Shown here: one piece after another, positions 38,911 through 51,526 of the stretch
How positions within the stretch are numbered: position 1 is the first letter of the stretch
Layout of the letters: every line of letters begins with the position of its first letter
From: Phoronis australis
Lineage: Eukaryota; Animalia; Phoronida
Direction of reading: 5' to 3'
NCBI GenBank assembly: GCA_002633005.1
Contig: NMRA01000348.1
Span: forward strand, 1 to 64,000
DNA length: 64,000 nucleotides
Program-made: the position numbers and the translations under genes
The notes under the pieces: model-generated
Database searches by the model: none
Seen by the model: only the letters and a program-made list of their open reading frames with translations
What the model was told of the DNA's origin: nothing

Positions 38911-41900
38911 GTTTTTTCATTTTATATATTACATATTATTAACATCCCTGGAAGCATAATGCCAGAGATGCAATCTTGGACACTTTCCGTTTTTCCTGTT
39001 TTTGTGTGATGCTGACAAAAATTGCAGTGTGATGTAGACTATGATTTCATTTTTACTTCTTTTGATCAAAGATCTCGATACCCAAAACTTAACGTTCACA
39101 ACCAGCTTTAACACCCACACTTGTATAATACACGTATGCACCATAATCAATTTACAGGTGGGAAACTAAAGCGTCCTATCCATAGCTCGATGTCAACCAA
39201 ATGCTGCGTTGTATAAATTTCCTGTGTAATAGATACTGCACTGATGTGTTTTTCTATGTGTTGCAAGTCAGAGTTTCCATGAGTATTAGATAATAAAACA
39301 CTTAAGTTCCCCGATACCTTAAGTAAAATAATTTGACATTTTCGTAGTCTGTCTGTATTTCAAATTCATAGCACCTCTGCAATTGCCTCTTTTGAAACTC
39401 TGTATCTGCTAGTGGTTTACATCTGATGCCCAGATTAACCAATGACATTGCTAGCCCTATGTAGTATTTTTATGTACATCTCGAATTCATATTATGTTAG
39501 GGATGTTCTATTATCACGGTTGGAATCTTCTGGTCCATTCTCATCTGAACCTACAATGCTTCGTCGAATCTACGTTGCAATCGTCATCACTGAAATGGAA
39601 GTCCCGGTAATAATTGTAAATACAACTGACTGAAACGTTGCTTCAAGAACTGTTCAGTGGAGGTTGGCGAAAACACTCCTATAGAAATAGCAATAGCCAT
39701 TATAAGTTTTCCGTGCATTGAACAGTTAGCCAAAAATGTAGGATTTCTCAAAGTTAAACGCTTGGGGGCGCCCTAAAATATTGACTTTGCACTGGGTAAT
39801 GAGTACACCTTGCTCAACAGAAGGTAAACTGGTACGCCATCTGATGAGCAGCAGAAAAATTACTACCCGGAAGATTTTCACCTTTAGAGGATCAGTGCTA
39901 CCCGTGGGTCTCCGGTACTTAAAAGGTATGGTTAGCAATAACCATTCAATCAAGTATGATTTTTGGCTTGTCTCGTGTTAATATACGTTCCTATTTTTCG
40001 GAAGTTAACGTTACTAGACGCCAAGCAGACATTACAGCCGGGACCGACCGTTTTGAGGCCGTAATTTCATCTTTAATTGTAAAGTTCTGAGCACTAGCCG
40101 CAAGAATTTTAATGTAATTCCGATTTCAAGCTTTGAAAAATCTTAACAATCTTGTTGACATCGTTTTTTGTTACTCATAAATGTTTAGAACTTTGTTGGT
40201 TTGTTAATGGGAGTGTGACAGTAATGGCGAACAGGACGACCGATTTCAGCGAAGTGGGTGGTTTCAATCAAAACATGCAGGACACACTGGTCGCTGTCCA
40301 CAAATATTCTAAAAGATATGTACTCTACAAAGGCTCAGCTTTTACATGTAGTATGTTGCAATTCTGAGGGTTTTTGCGCTGTAAAAGAAATAACGATCGA
40401 ATAAAGGATATTTCCACCAGTTACACAGCTTGACTCAGGTGGGTTGAATAAGTAACAAAAATAGCTAATTTGCGAATACGTTTCAACTATGAGTTTTACA
40501 TTTTCATGTAGACAGAAGTTGTGTTTATTCAGTATGTCATTGTTGGGCTAACGTATGTCAAGACAACTGAAAAACGTCAACTGTATCAGGAAACAAATCA
40601 CCTGAAAACGTTTTCACGGACCCATACATGTAGCATACTGTACCCCTTGGTGAAAAGATAAACCGGACCAGATCGCCGAGGAACCAGATGTGCACTGTTG
40701 GAGTCGATATCTACACAAGTAAGCCGTCCTGGTTTGTCATGAGACCAAAAGTACACCTATGGTCATTATACGTACAAAAATAGTAAATCTGCCGCGAGAC
40801 CAAAAATTACTGACTGAGGTAAAAAGTTTTACTAAGCACACTGCGGTATAAAGATATCACAAAACTAGTTCGCAGATGGACCAGAAGACTCGCAACCAAA
40901 CCACAGCGCCCGCCAGAACGGCCCTTATAAGCGCCAAACAATTCTTCGGAAAACGAGTTGATCGTTTTTTAAATAAACACATTATATGTATATCAAAAAA
41001 CACAGAAAAATCAGAAAACCCAACTGGGAATCGAACCACAGGTCTCTATATTGCCGGTCTAGTGGTTCCTGATTTTTCCCGTTTGATTTATTTTACTGCA
41101 GCCCAACCTCAGCGTCTATATATTTACAGTATATGCACACTGTCTGTTTCATGCGCCAGACAGTTATGTAATGCACCATCCAAATTCAAGTTACAATTTT
41201 ATGGAGTGTGATTGCATGACCAGGCATGGCAGATGATGTAAAAACGTTGCACGTTGATTCACCTGAATATAAAGGTTACGGTACCACATTACACGAGTTA
41301 GTGTTTTGATGGTAGATAATAGCATCAAGTTTATCTACTGGCTTTCATCTTTGACGTTCTGTCGTACAATTTTCTCAATAACACGTTATCAAAATATTGT
41401 AATGAAAAAAAAAAACAAATAGTATTGCGCTCAACAATCGCAAGCCTGAGTAAGTTGTCGACCTGCAACTAGCAAATGCGTTTTCATATATTGAGTGGCA
41501 TCCCGTAAAAAACCCAAGTTGGCACGAAGTTGTCAAATTTTGATATTTAGAACCCAGCGAGAACAACGTCAGACAGATAAGAATTTGTCTGCAATTTGAT
41601 TCGAAATTTGCGGTGACGTCAAAACTTTCAAAATTAATATTTCCCCAATATGATACTTTTAGTTCACAGGTGTTCTCCTTAATTCGGAGATCAGTAAAAT
41701 TGTGCCACCGTCAGCACCAGAGCACGTTCAATTTAAAAGGACCTCGAGCTACGGTTCGGGCGTCTGTTGCTTCTTGAAAATGATAAAAATGAAGCGTGGC
41801 ATGTTTGATGGCAATTACGTCCCAATTTTTTTTAGATTCTTTTGAATGAAAGGTCCCACCCATCAGTGTTATACTCAGTTTTACCCGGATTTGGAAGTCC

Positions 41901-42406
41901 CAGCAATTTGAAAGCTCTTTTTTGTTCAGGTCAAAAATTTTACTGCAAACACAATGTCATGTACTCTTCAGACAAATGGAAGGTGGAAAAATCTGGTTGG
42001 TAATAACACGTTTTAGCTGGAAGAGCGCATGGAATCTTGTCTCCACTGGGGCGAAAATGACAAGACCATGAGCAAGTTCACAAGTCTGCAAGTTATTTAT
42101 TTTTATATGTTGTCCTGAACCATTGTGGTTGCAAGGGTTCTAGTTGAATCACTTTGTTACTTACAGTCGAGGAGAGCAGACAGTCCAACAGTGGTGTTCG
42201 CTATAATAGGGGTAACGAAAATAAAGTATGTAAGAAACGCCAAAGACGTTTATTTTGTAGTACATTGTTACACTCCAATCTCAGTTGTTTGTTTTCTTTT
42301 GACCTCAGTATTCGCATTGTTTATAAAACAATGCCCCAATTTTAGTCTTAGTTGGTTGCTATTTCAACACCGTAGTGTATTTGGAATTTGGTGATTGGTT
42401 AAATTT

Positions 42407-45000
42407 CTTTTTTTTCATAATTTTATTCTTCAATAATATACATTGATAATTTTTAAAGGGTGAAAGGGTGAACAAGGAAAAGGGGCAAGGACTTTCACTC
42501 ACACACTCGCACACTCATTCACACACTTTATCATTTAATGATAATACCACTAAACAATATATGAGTTAAGTATATTACAGATATTACAGATTCATTGCAT
42601 GGCAGCACTGAGGCTCTCCCACATTTTAATATTAATATTGTCCGGTTCTTTTTGTTTTTGAAAATTAAATATTGAAATTTTAATATGTTTTGACATGAAT
42701 ATTTTAAGGGCAGACCAATCTGGATGCAAGTGCTGTTGGCTACGTAAATAAATAAAATATTGGGCGATAGTGACAACATAATTGATCAACAAGGAGAATT
42801 CAGAACCTAAATGGCAAAACATGCTTTCATTTTTGGTTATTCTGATTTCTTCCTTAAGGGAAGATGTCAAAATATCCTGAACATTACTCAACAGTCTTTG
42901 TACTACATCACAAAGGAAAAACATGTGTTCAGTACTCTGTACTAGATTGCAATAGGGACATTTATCTGAATTAACAATCTTCATCTTATATAACAAAGAG
43001 TTAGTATACACTCTGTTATGTAACAACATATACTTAAAAGATTTAATGCATGGTTCGAGGGGAAGTGTAAAAGGCAAGGAATAAATTTTTCGGATATCTT
43101 GTTTGGAGTAATGCTGCAACAATTTTTCATAATTGTCTGGTTTTTGCAATACTTTTGTATCAATATATTTTTTTTCTTTTGGAATTTTATTATAATCTAA
43201 GTAAATTTTATTGTTGCAGCCAACCAATCGCTGATGACCTTGATCAATTTTTCTAGATAAAACAATACACATTGAATTAAAACTCAGAATTTGAGAATTT
43301 ACCAATTTATATTTTGCCTTGAGCACCTCCCACGATAAAAGCTTATTTTCAGCATCAAGAAAGTCATTGATGAAACATAGCCAATTCTTAGCAAACTCTT
43401 TATAATATAGTGACTTATTATTAAGTGTTATCTCTCTGTTATGCCATATAATCTGATCACAAACAGGTACATCTTTGAAAGCAATATGATTCAACTGTTC
43501 ACTCACTGACAAAACCTCTCTATAAAAAACATCATTTACTGTTCTACATAGTTTGCTTACTTTAAAATTACATGACCACAACAGTTCACCACCATAATTC
43601 TTGAGGATATATTGTGGATAAAACTTCCAACTTCCACGTTCAGGAGACTGAAGTCTTTTAACCCAGTTGAGTAAAAGGCCTTCCTTTATAAGGGTCATGT
43701 TAGGAAATTTTAAACCACCATCTTCATGAGAAGCCATTGCAACGCTTTTCTTTATTTTAGGTGGTTTCCCTGCCCAAATAAAATCATTTAAAATTTTATC
43801 TATTCGTTTGCACAAATCCCTTGTCAATCCAAGGACAGATATAATGCGAATCAATTTGGGTAGCGCAAAAGCTTTAGTTATGACAATTCTTCCCTTAATT
43901 GTTAATTTTCTTGTTTTCCAAATATTTAGAACTTTCCTAAGTTTTGAAATTTTTTCTTCAAAATTTTGCTCATTTTTTTCTTTTTCATATTTACCGAAGT
44001 AAACGCCCAGACATTTANGAAAGGACCAATTTAAACTGTCATACGCTTTCTTAAAATCTAAGAATATAATTTGTCCATTGAGATTTTTATTTGTATAATA
44101 CGATATTATGTCCTGTATTAATCTAATATTTTGACCAATAAATCGTTTTGAAACAGCCGTTTGGTCTGGATGAATAAGCTTATGAATGTACTTATTTAGT
44201 CGATTGGCAATAACCTTTGTAAATAATTTGTAATCGCAATTTAATAACGAAATTGGTCGCCAATTTTCCAGATTTTTTAATTCCTCTGTATTTGTACTTT
44301 TGGGGATAAGTGTAATGACACTTTGCCTCTGGGAGGTTGAAAATTTTCCTGTTTTAAAACTATAATTTATACATTCCAAAAGGAACAGTTTAATAGCATC
44401 CCAAAATGTTTTATAAAATTCATATCCTAAACCGTCATTGCCTGGTGTTTTATTATTTTGGGATTGTTTTAAGGCTTCATAGAGTTCATCTTCTGTGATC
44501 TCTTGTTCTAATAATAAGGACTGGTCATCTGTCAGTACTTTATTACTAGGAAGAGTGAATATGTCAGGGAAATTAATATTTTCATAGTCTTTTTCAGAAT
44601 AAAGAGCCTCATAAAAAGCTCGTTGAATGTTTTGTATCTCTTTTGGATCTTGGATAACCCTGCCATTTGACTCCAGTTCTATAATATGTTTTTTACCATG
44701 GTTACGTTTTTCAAGATTTAAAAAATATTTAGAGTTTGTTTCACCTTCTTCCACCCACTGAGCTTTACTTCTAACAATACTACCTTTTATTACTTGAGTT
44801 TGTAAAATTTCTAGGTTTAATTTACATTTCTTTAATTCACACTGCAACGGGTGATTTCTCGATTCTTTTTCGACTTGTGTAGTTAATTTATTCATTTGAT
44901 CTATTAATAACTGTTCCTGTTGTCTATTTCTAGCACGTACGCGTTTTGAAATTTGTAAAGACTTCTGTCTAATTTTCATTTTTAAAATATCCCAAGACAA
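42407..45000 (-). mobile_element. Young 5'-truncated Tx1/L1-clade retrotransposon (ORF2 42592-45000, poly(A) tail)
   Basis: WVEEGETNSKYFLNLEK, KTPGNDGLGYEFYKTFW, NWRPISLLNCDYK, LDFKKAYD, GGLKFP, CPYC..STEHMFFLC. AATAAA and an A-tail at ~42407-42428. RT core is missing at the single N (44018). Confidence 0.93.
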
Positions 45001-45339
45001 AAATTGAATAGGAATTGAATGGTTTCCTGTATCTCGTTAATCCCCCTGTAGGCTTAATTATCTTTAAAACAATTTGCCAGGCACTTGTTTGGGATTTGCT
45101 GAAACCGTCCAGTTTTGGACAAAATGCCCTTAACATCAGTTTTGAGTTTTACCGATTTAAGATTACGCCATTATTTGTGTACTTTATTCGTACGTAGTTT
45201 TTGGTTAATCCCTTTCCGGTTGCTGGTCGACGAAATACGGACGTTCATGTGAGCCTAGTCGTCTTTTATTGGTACAGGCGTTATTTCAAACCAAGTCTGA
45301 GGAACTTTTTTGTTATGCAGATAACTTACTTGTAAACAT

Positions 45340-48060
45340 GGTGGTATATGCTACCCAGCTTCGTCGTCAGCTAGTTCATCTTCATCGTGGGTTTCGACCT
45401 TGACCTAGAACCCTCTCCGATGGTAGGTCTCTGAAGGCTGATCAGACCTCCAGCCGACGCTGGGGTTGCCATTTGCTTTCACGTTGTAACCACAGCAACA
45501 CGCTTGCTTCCTCCGCTGCTCTCACAGTAGACTTGAACATATCAGCTCTCCCTCTTGATGAAATGCCCAGTAGCTTCGTCATTCGCCCCATGCTACCTGC
45601 AATAAACCCTCGACATCCAACTTGTATGGGAAGACTGATGCATTTCCAGCTATTTGCCGCACATTCCTACGTTGGCTCTACGTACTTGAGTAGTTTCCTC
45701 TCGTAAGCCTCCTGCACCCTAGTCTCCCGCCTCACAGTTAACTCGTTCAAAATCACTATCTTCTTGCTGTCTGCCCACAACACTATGTCTGGTCTAGACT
45801 GGGTTACTGCAATATGGCTCAGAAATGAACCCCTAGTTACCACATCCGTCACCATCTCCCAGTCGGCAGCCATGCCTAGAATGCCTGGATCACACTTCTT
45901 AGTGAATACCTCTCCTTTGTTGAACTGAAAATGTGCCTTGCCAGAGTTATTCGCTTTCCTACTCTCCAGATCTAAAACATGTGCAATACACTTGAGAATC
46001 TTGTCATGCCGCCAAGTGTACTTCCCTGAAGTGAGAGCTTCTCTACAGCTGGATAGAACGTGTTCTAACGTACACCTCTTACCACAGCCCCTGCAGCTGT
46101 CATCCTCAGTTTTGCCCCACGTTCGAAGCTTGACAGGTGTTGGGAGAGTGTCATATATGGAACCAAGTAAAAAACGAATCTGAACTGGTATGAAGACAAA
46201 AGATCTTTACCAGTTATCCATCTGCTGAACACTCCTTCCCATGATGTCCATGCATCCTGTTTCCTCAGTCCGACTGCTTCAGCATACCTTCTCTCATTCT
46301 CCTGGGATCTAACTTCGTCCAGAACCATTTTGCGCCTCTCTTTGCCTGTTGACGACTTCCACCTCTTCCCCTGAACCACTCCCAATCCCTGTCTTCCATG
46401 GCAGACGGTTCCCACGATGTCTTTATGCAGTAACCTGCTATCTACCTCCTCCACTGCTACAGCAGCCTACCACTTTCTTCCAGAGTCTACCGATAATTCA
46501 CTATCTCAGATCATCTCATCTCCCGATTTCCGCAGAGTCAGTAATTTTCTGCATTTTATCACCTTGAACTCCTCCACGGTCGATGTTACTGGCAGAGAAA
46601 CTGCACCTCATTTGATGTGTAAGCCGCGTCTTGCAAAGCTTGGTGGGACACCCAACCACTTTTTTAACCATCTGCTCACCATCCTTTCCATTTTCTCAGC
46701 AGTTGAAAATGAGAAATCGTACATTGTTAGTGGCCACATAACTTTATGGAAAAGTCCAAACTGGTAACACCTGACTTTAAATCTGCCCGGGAGACCGCTC
46801 TTCTCAGTCTTGATCAAATTGTCATTTAGCTCTTTGATGGCTGCCTTTATATGCTCCACATCTTTCAAAGCCCCGCTGTAGGCCTTCCCTAAGTATTTGA
46901 ATGGTTTTCTGCTCACAGATGGAATGACCTCTGATCCTATCTTGAACGTATCGTATGGGTTGATTTTTCCCTTCACAATCACAAGGCTACGAGACTTCTC
47001 CACCTTGAAACTTGTGTGCCCAATTAGCCAGCTCGCCCAGTGTCTTGGCCACCCACGCGGCACCTACCGCAAACCCTGTTGTAATCGTCAAATCATCCAC
47101 AAATGCTCTACAAGGTGACACCCTTTTACCCTGCAACTAAGGTCCTCTGCACTCTTTACTAGCCCGCTTGATGATAACATTCATAGCCATGATGAAAAGG
47201 ATGATCGATATGGTGTACCCTGTCATTATCCCTTTCTTGTAGTGAAGTTGTTGAATGTGAACCTCATATCAGTCCCATGGAAGTAACTTGTAATGAGATC
47301 TCGAAGTTCTCTAGTGATATGGTAGGTCTATATTGCCAATTCAATTAGTGCATAGGCATTTGCCATGTCCAACCATACCACTGCTAAATCTGTCTTGTTT
47401 CGCTTAGCATCTTTAATGAGCTCTGTTATGGCGCTAGCATGCTCCAGATACCCTGCATATCCAGGAACTCCACCCTTCTGTACCGATGCATCCACAAACT
47501 TGTTTCTCAGGAGATAACTCGCCATCCTGCTTGAAATGACTGCAAAAAGATCTTTCCCTCTACATCTAAAAGCGAAATGGGACGAAAATCCCCGATCCTG
47601 ATGGCTTCCTTCATCTTCGGGATATACACCCCCTCTCCCTTACCCCAAGTATCAGGCAAAGTCTTCTGTCTCTATATAACTCTCAGAAGCTTCCACAGAC
47701 GTTTCAACAGCCTTGGACATTTCTTATACACTTTATAAGGCAGACCCGACGGCCCTGCGGCTGACCCAGATCTTGACTTTCTATGACATTTTTCACCGCT
47801 GAGAACTTGATGTCCCCCATTTCCAAGGCTACACATGGTGTATCCTCAACATCCAGCCAACCAATGTCCGCCAATTCAACATTCCTGGCCCCGTCACAGT
47901 GCACGTCCTTCAGATGGTTTTCTAGATCCTCCTGTGTACACTTCAGACGCCCACTGGCTTCCTTCACTAGAATGTCCTTTACAAACTTGAAAAGGTTAGT
48001 ACGTATACGCTCGGCTCTCTTCTTCCTCAGATGTTCAGGTTTGCTTAATCTCAAAAGCCT
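45340..48060 (-). mobile_element. HERO-clade (restriction-like endonuclease) non-LTR retrotransposon, 5'-truncated, frameshifted
   Basis: VQKGGVPGYAGYLEH, VVWLDMANAY, PFKYLGK, GRQGLG, CRGC...LEHVLSSC...YTWRHD, RPDIVLW...ELTV...AYERKLLKY. Stop at 45444-45442. Confidence 0.88.
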
Positions 48061-50218
48061 ACTAGTAGACCTTAATTGAAAACTGATGAGAATTTAACAA
48101 AATCTACTTGAAATGAATATCTTTAAAAATGATTTCCACGACCTCGATTGGTCAACGAGTAACTCGTTGTTAAGACAAACAACATTCTCACGTAAATGGA
48201 AAATACATTTACGCATTTTGCGCTGAAGATCAACGAGATTTCCACACACTTTTCAATAACCTTTTAATGGTATCTTGAACGACACTCAACACTTTACAAC
48301 CTTTGCACATTAAAAGTGACTTTGTAAATGCTTTTGAAATAACCCTCTAAACCTATCGTTTTCATTTTTGGGAATAAAGATTTTCGCGCTATAATTGAAA
48401 CGGTTGTATTACACATCTTAATTAGAAAGCAAAGACCTTTTGTCTTCGTTCTCGTTTTACCAACTTTATCCCTCTGTGTTTTGTAAAAAAATGCGATTCT
48501 TCCAGCTTTAACGGTCAATGAAAAGGTCAAACAAATACAGGAGATGCAGTTCTTCTTTTCGGCTTGGTGACTGATTAACAAAAATATAAAAAGGTGGACT
48601 GGTATCAGTAAAACCTTGGAACAGGAATGACGAAAACACGAACTGAGATAAACATGATCAGACTGCAGCGTTGTGCGCGTATTTGTCTCATTGTATTTAT
48701 CCTTTTCTACTGTAAATAGAAAGATCTGCTAATGAAACAACCTTGTTTTGCCATGGGCGGCCCAACAATGGGGGCTGAGGGGCTATACCCCCACTTTTTT
48801 AGTGCTGCGTGGCCCATGCTTGCATGTTTGCGATCTAGGTGGCAGTTAACAATCAGACTTTTTGACATTTTCTTGTCAAAATGGCAGATTAATACCGGCT
48901 AGCTGGTGAGCTATTCATTGACCCAATTGGTAAAGATTTGTTGTGACATTCAAGAAACGGCCTTCTATATATTGTGGCTCATTGCTTAACCTCTTTATAT
49001 TGCATACATTAACATCCTATTTCAGATCAATATCCCGACCACAGATTTTAAAACAACACTGTGAAAAAAATGTGTTGTTTTGTCACCTTAATCTAACATA
49101 AACTCACAGATTATTACTAAAAGCAGATGATTACTAAAAGTTTGAAATACAAAAAAACAAAAAATACAGTATGGATCTTTTGACCTTCTTGGTGTACTTT
49201 TGGTCTCGTGACAGACCAGGACAACTCCTTTGTGTAGATATTCACTCGAGCAGTGCACATCTCGTCCCTCGGCGATCTGGTCCACTATATCTTTTCACCA
49301 CGGTGTACAGCATCTTGGTTCCTGAAAACGTCTTCAGGTGATTTGTTTCCAGATACAGTTGACGTTTTTCCATTGTCGCGACACACGTTAGCCCGAAAAA
49401 AGTAGAAAACGAGACAAAAGCCGGCTAAAAGGGCAGGAACTGGTAAAATTCGGCGAATGCACTATTAATAGATCGGAACGTATCCTGTGATTTTTTTAGG
49501 AAAAAGTCCAATTCTTAAAAGTTCGAGCTCCCGCATTTTTCAGGTTCGGTGAGCGCATGTAACCGTCACGGCATCCTCATTTGTAGTATTACGAATTCCG
49601 TCTCATCCCACAAACATAGAGCTGAGAGTCATTTTTGTGTATACGATTTCCCTTCCCCCTAATTTAGCTGCGTCCATTGCCTCACCAAAAACTCTACAGT
49701 GTCGACGTTTGCAAAATATCAAAGATATCCTGGGATATCGCGGGAGAGCCTATACTTAGCCATAGTTCCGTTACGAATGCGCCGTTTTCCGAATTTGCCA
49801 CTTGAAATTGGATTTGAGCCCCCCCCCCAACACTAAAACTGCACACATTTAAATCTTTTTTCATCCGTATAATTTTAATTACCGGGGTTAATTAATAAAT
49901 TCAACATTTCCCTACGCTCTTACTGTTTTATTTTTTGTGGCAGCCAAGGGCCCGCCCCCCTAAATCCGCCTATGAGTTATATACACGTAAAAATAGATCG
50001 TAAAACAAAAGAGGATGAAATTTACGTTCAAGTGGTCGAAGCTTTGGCGGCTTGCAGTAACGTAAGCTTACCCACCGTAAAGTTAACATCAGAAACAAAG
50101 TTTGACTGGAATATTTTTGCTTCGTCACTGTTGTTGATATCATAACAATACAATATTATCGTTATTTCAACTACGATTTCCAAAAGTCTACATCAAAACG
50201 TTTTTAAGCATGACCTAC

Positions 50219-50516
50219 CAGGCAAGTATTTTCGCACAATGTTGAATGGTATTGATAGAGACGCCACCATAGTGTCAGTCACGCCAAGTAAGACGACGCA
50301 CGTACAGCTGACGGTACGTAAGTGTTTGTTCTTGGCATAAGCCACAAAGACAATCAGATTAGAGAACAGGCCAGCCACCGCCAGGATGACGTCGAACGCC
50401 AGGTGAGTATAAAGTGCGTGCGATGATAAGCGCCGCCATGCAACTTCCCTCATCGGTTCACTTGTGTTCAAGAAATCTCCGTGGTCATCGAGTTGGCTGG
50501 AAGTGTTGTTAGCCAT
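50219..50516 (-). CDS. Class A GPCR copy B, exon 1 (N-terminus, TM1, TM2; 99 codons + 1 nt)
   Basis: MANNTSS...AGLFSNLIVFVAYAKNKHLRTV...LLGVTDTMVASLSIPF: N1.50, LR in ICL1, D2.50, P2.59 and N-glycosylation sequons. Start context GACGATGG. Donor CCTG|GTAGGT at 50219/50218 (phase 1). Confidence 0.93.
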
Positions 50517-50589
50517 CGTCCTCGCAGCTGTGTAAACGTTTGTTGTAACATGACATCATTTGCTGCTATTTGAGCGAAGAAAGCGCGTC

Positions 50590-50603
50590 GTTACCCTGGC
50601 AAC
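50590..50603. promoter_or_regulatory. Putative RFX X-box upstream of GPCR copy B
   Basis: GTTACC-CT-GGCAAC matches the GTNRCC-N0-3-RGYAAC consensus. It lies 74-87 bp upstream of the ATG in a block conserved between the paralogs. Confidence 0.55.
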
Positions 50604-51310
50604 AACGGACTTCAATTACACACATCCTGCTCCGTGACTTTCTCATCGGCGCGTTTGCTCTTTCAAGCAACGTCATCGTGTTCGTACCCTTTGTTTGAAT
50701 TGAAATTAGTTACAACACAGCGCATGGAATTCGGTGCCTAACATAAACCATCCTTCACAGCTAACCACACGAGCCTAGTTTGAAGCAACTTAAGCGGTTG
50801 TCGATTCTTCTCAAACGAAGGAATCATTTCTTAGTAGGGAAGAAAATGAAAGCCATTTGGTAATGCCTAAAGCAAAATTTATTTTTGACAGACAAGATGG
50901 CGTATGTTTCAGTATTGCCCATCTAATGCAATCAAATGTTTCATTAAACAAAGTTCGAATTGATTCATCTATTTTATTACTAATTTATATAAACATACTC
51001 GTGTTAAACTTACGAAACTATCTGTTCTGCTTTGCTTGTCATAAATAAATAAATACTGATTGTATAATATGCGAGAATAGTTGAATTTCTATCGCTGCAT
51101 TTACTTTCCATTGTGGTATCAAACCACACTTGTTTACTGAAAAATTTGTTGACTTTAGTTTTTCTTACTTTGTGAACATGGTCAAGAGGGCGAAATCGTG
51201 CGTTTTTTGCTGGCCGAGAGTTAATTAAAAATTATTATATATTCAGCAGTTTCAAAGAAAGTGCCAGTTGGAATTTGGCAGTGAAGCGGATAGGACCCGG
51301 TTCCGTAAAG

Positions 51311-51526
51311 CAGAGGCGGATCTACAGGGGGGGGGGGTTCAGGGTGTTCAACCCCCCCCCCTCGGGACAGGATAAAAATATAAATTTCGCCTGAAAAACG
51401 AAATCAGCTACTAAAAACCACAAAAATCTTACACGGGAGGGAAAAACATTCCTTGCGCTCGGCGCTACGCGCCTCGGATTTGCTCGAATCCTAACCCCTT
51501 TTCCTGAAAACGTAGATCTGCCACTG
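51311..51526. mobile_element. hAT-like MITE
   Basis: TIRs CAGAGGCGGATCTAC / GTAGATCTGCCACTG with G-run/C-run core. TSD not clear. Confidence 0.65.

Larger units (their letters stand above)
40545..49394. mobile_element. Long-TIR element, copy B (arms ~40545-40768 and ~49190-49394), enclosing two LINEs
   Basis: Arms are imperfect reverse complements and are paralogous to those of 3127-4297. Confidence 0.6.

Noticed and set aside
42592-45000. Natural 802-aa ORF2 lacking the YADD catalytic core
   Set aside because: The deletion coincides exactly with an N at 44018, so it is most likely an assembly join.
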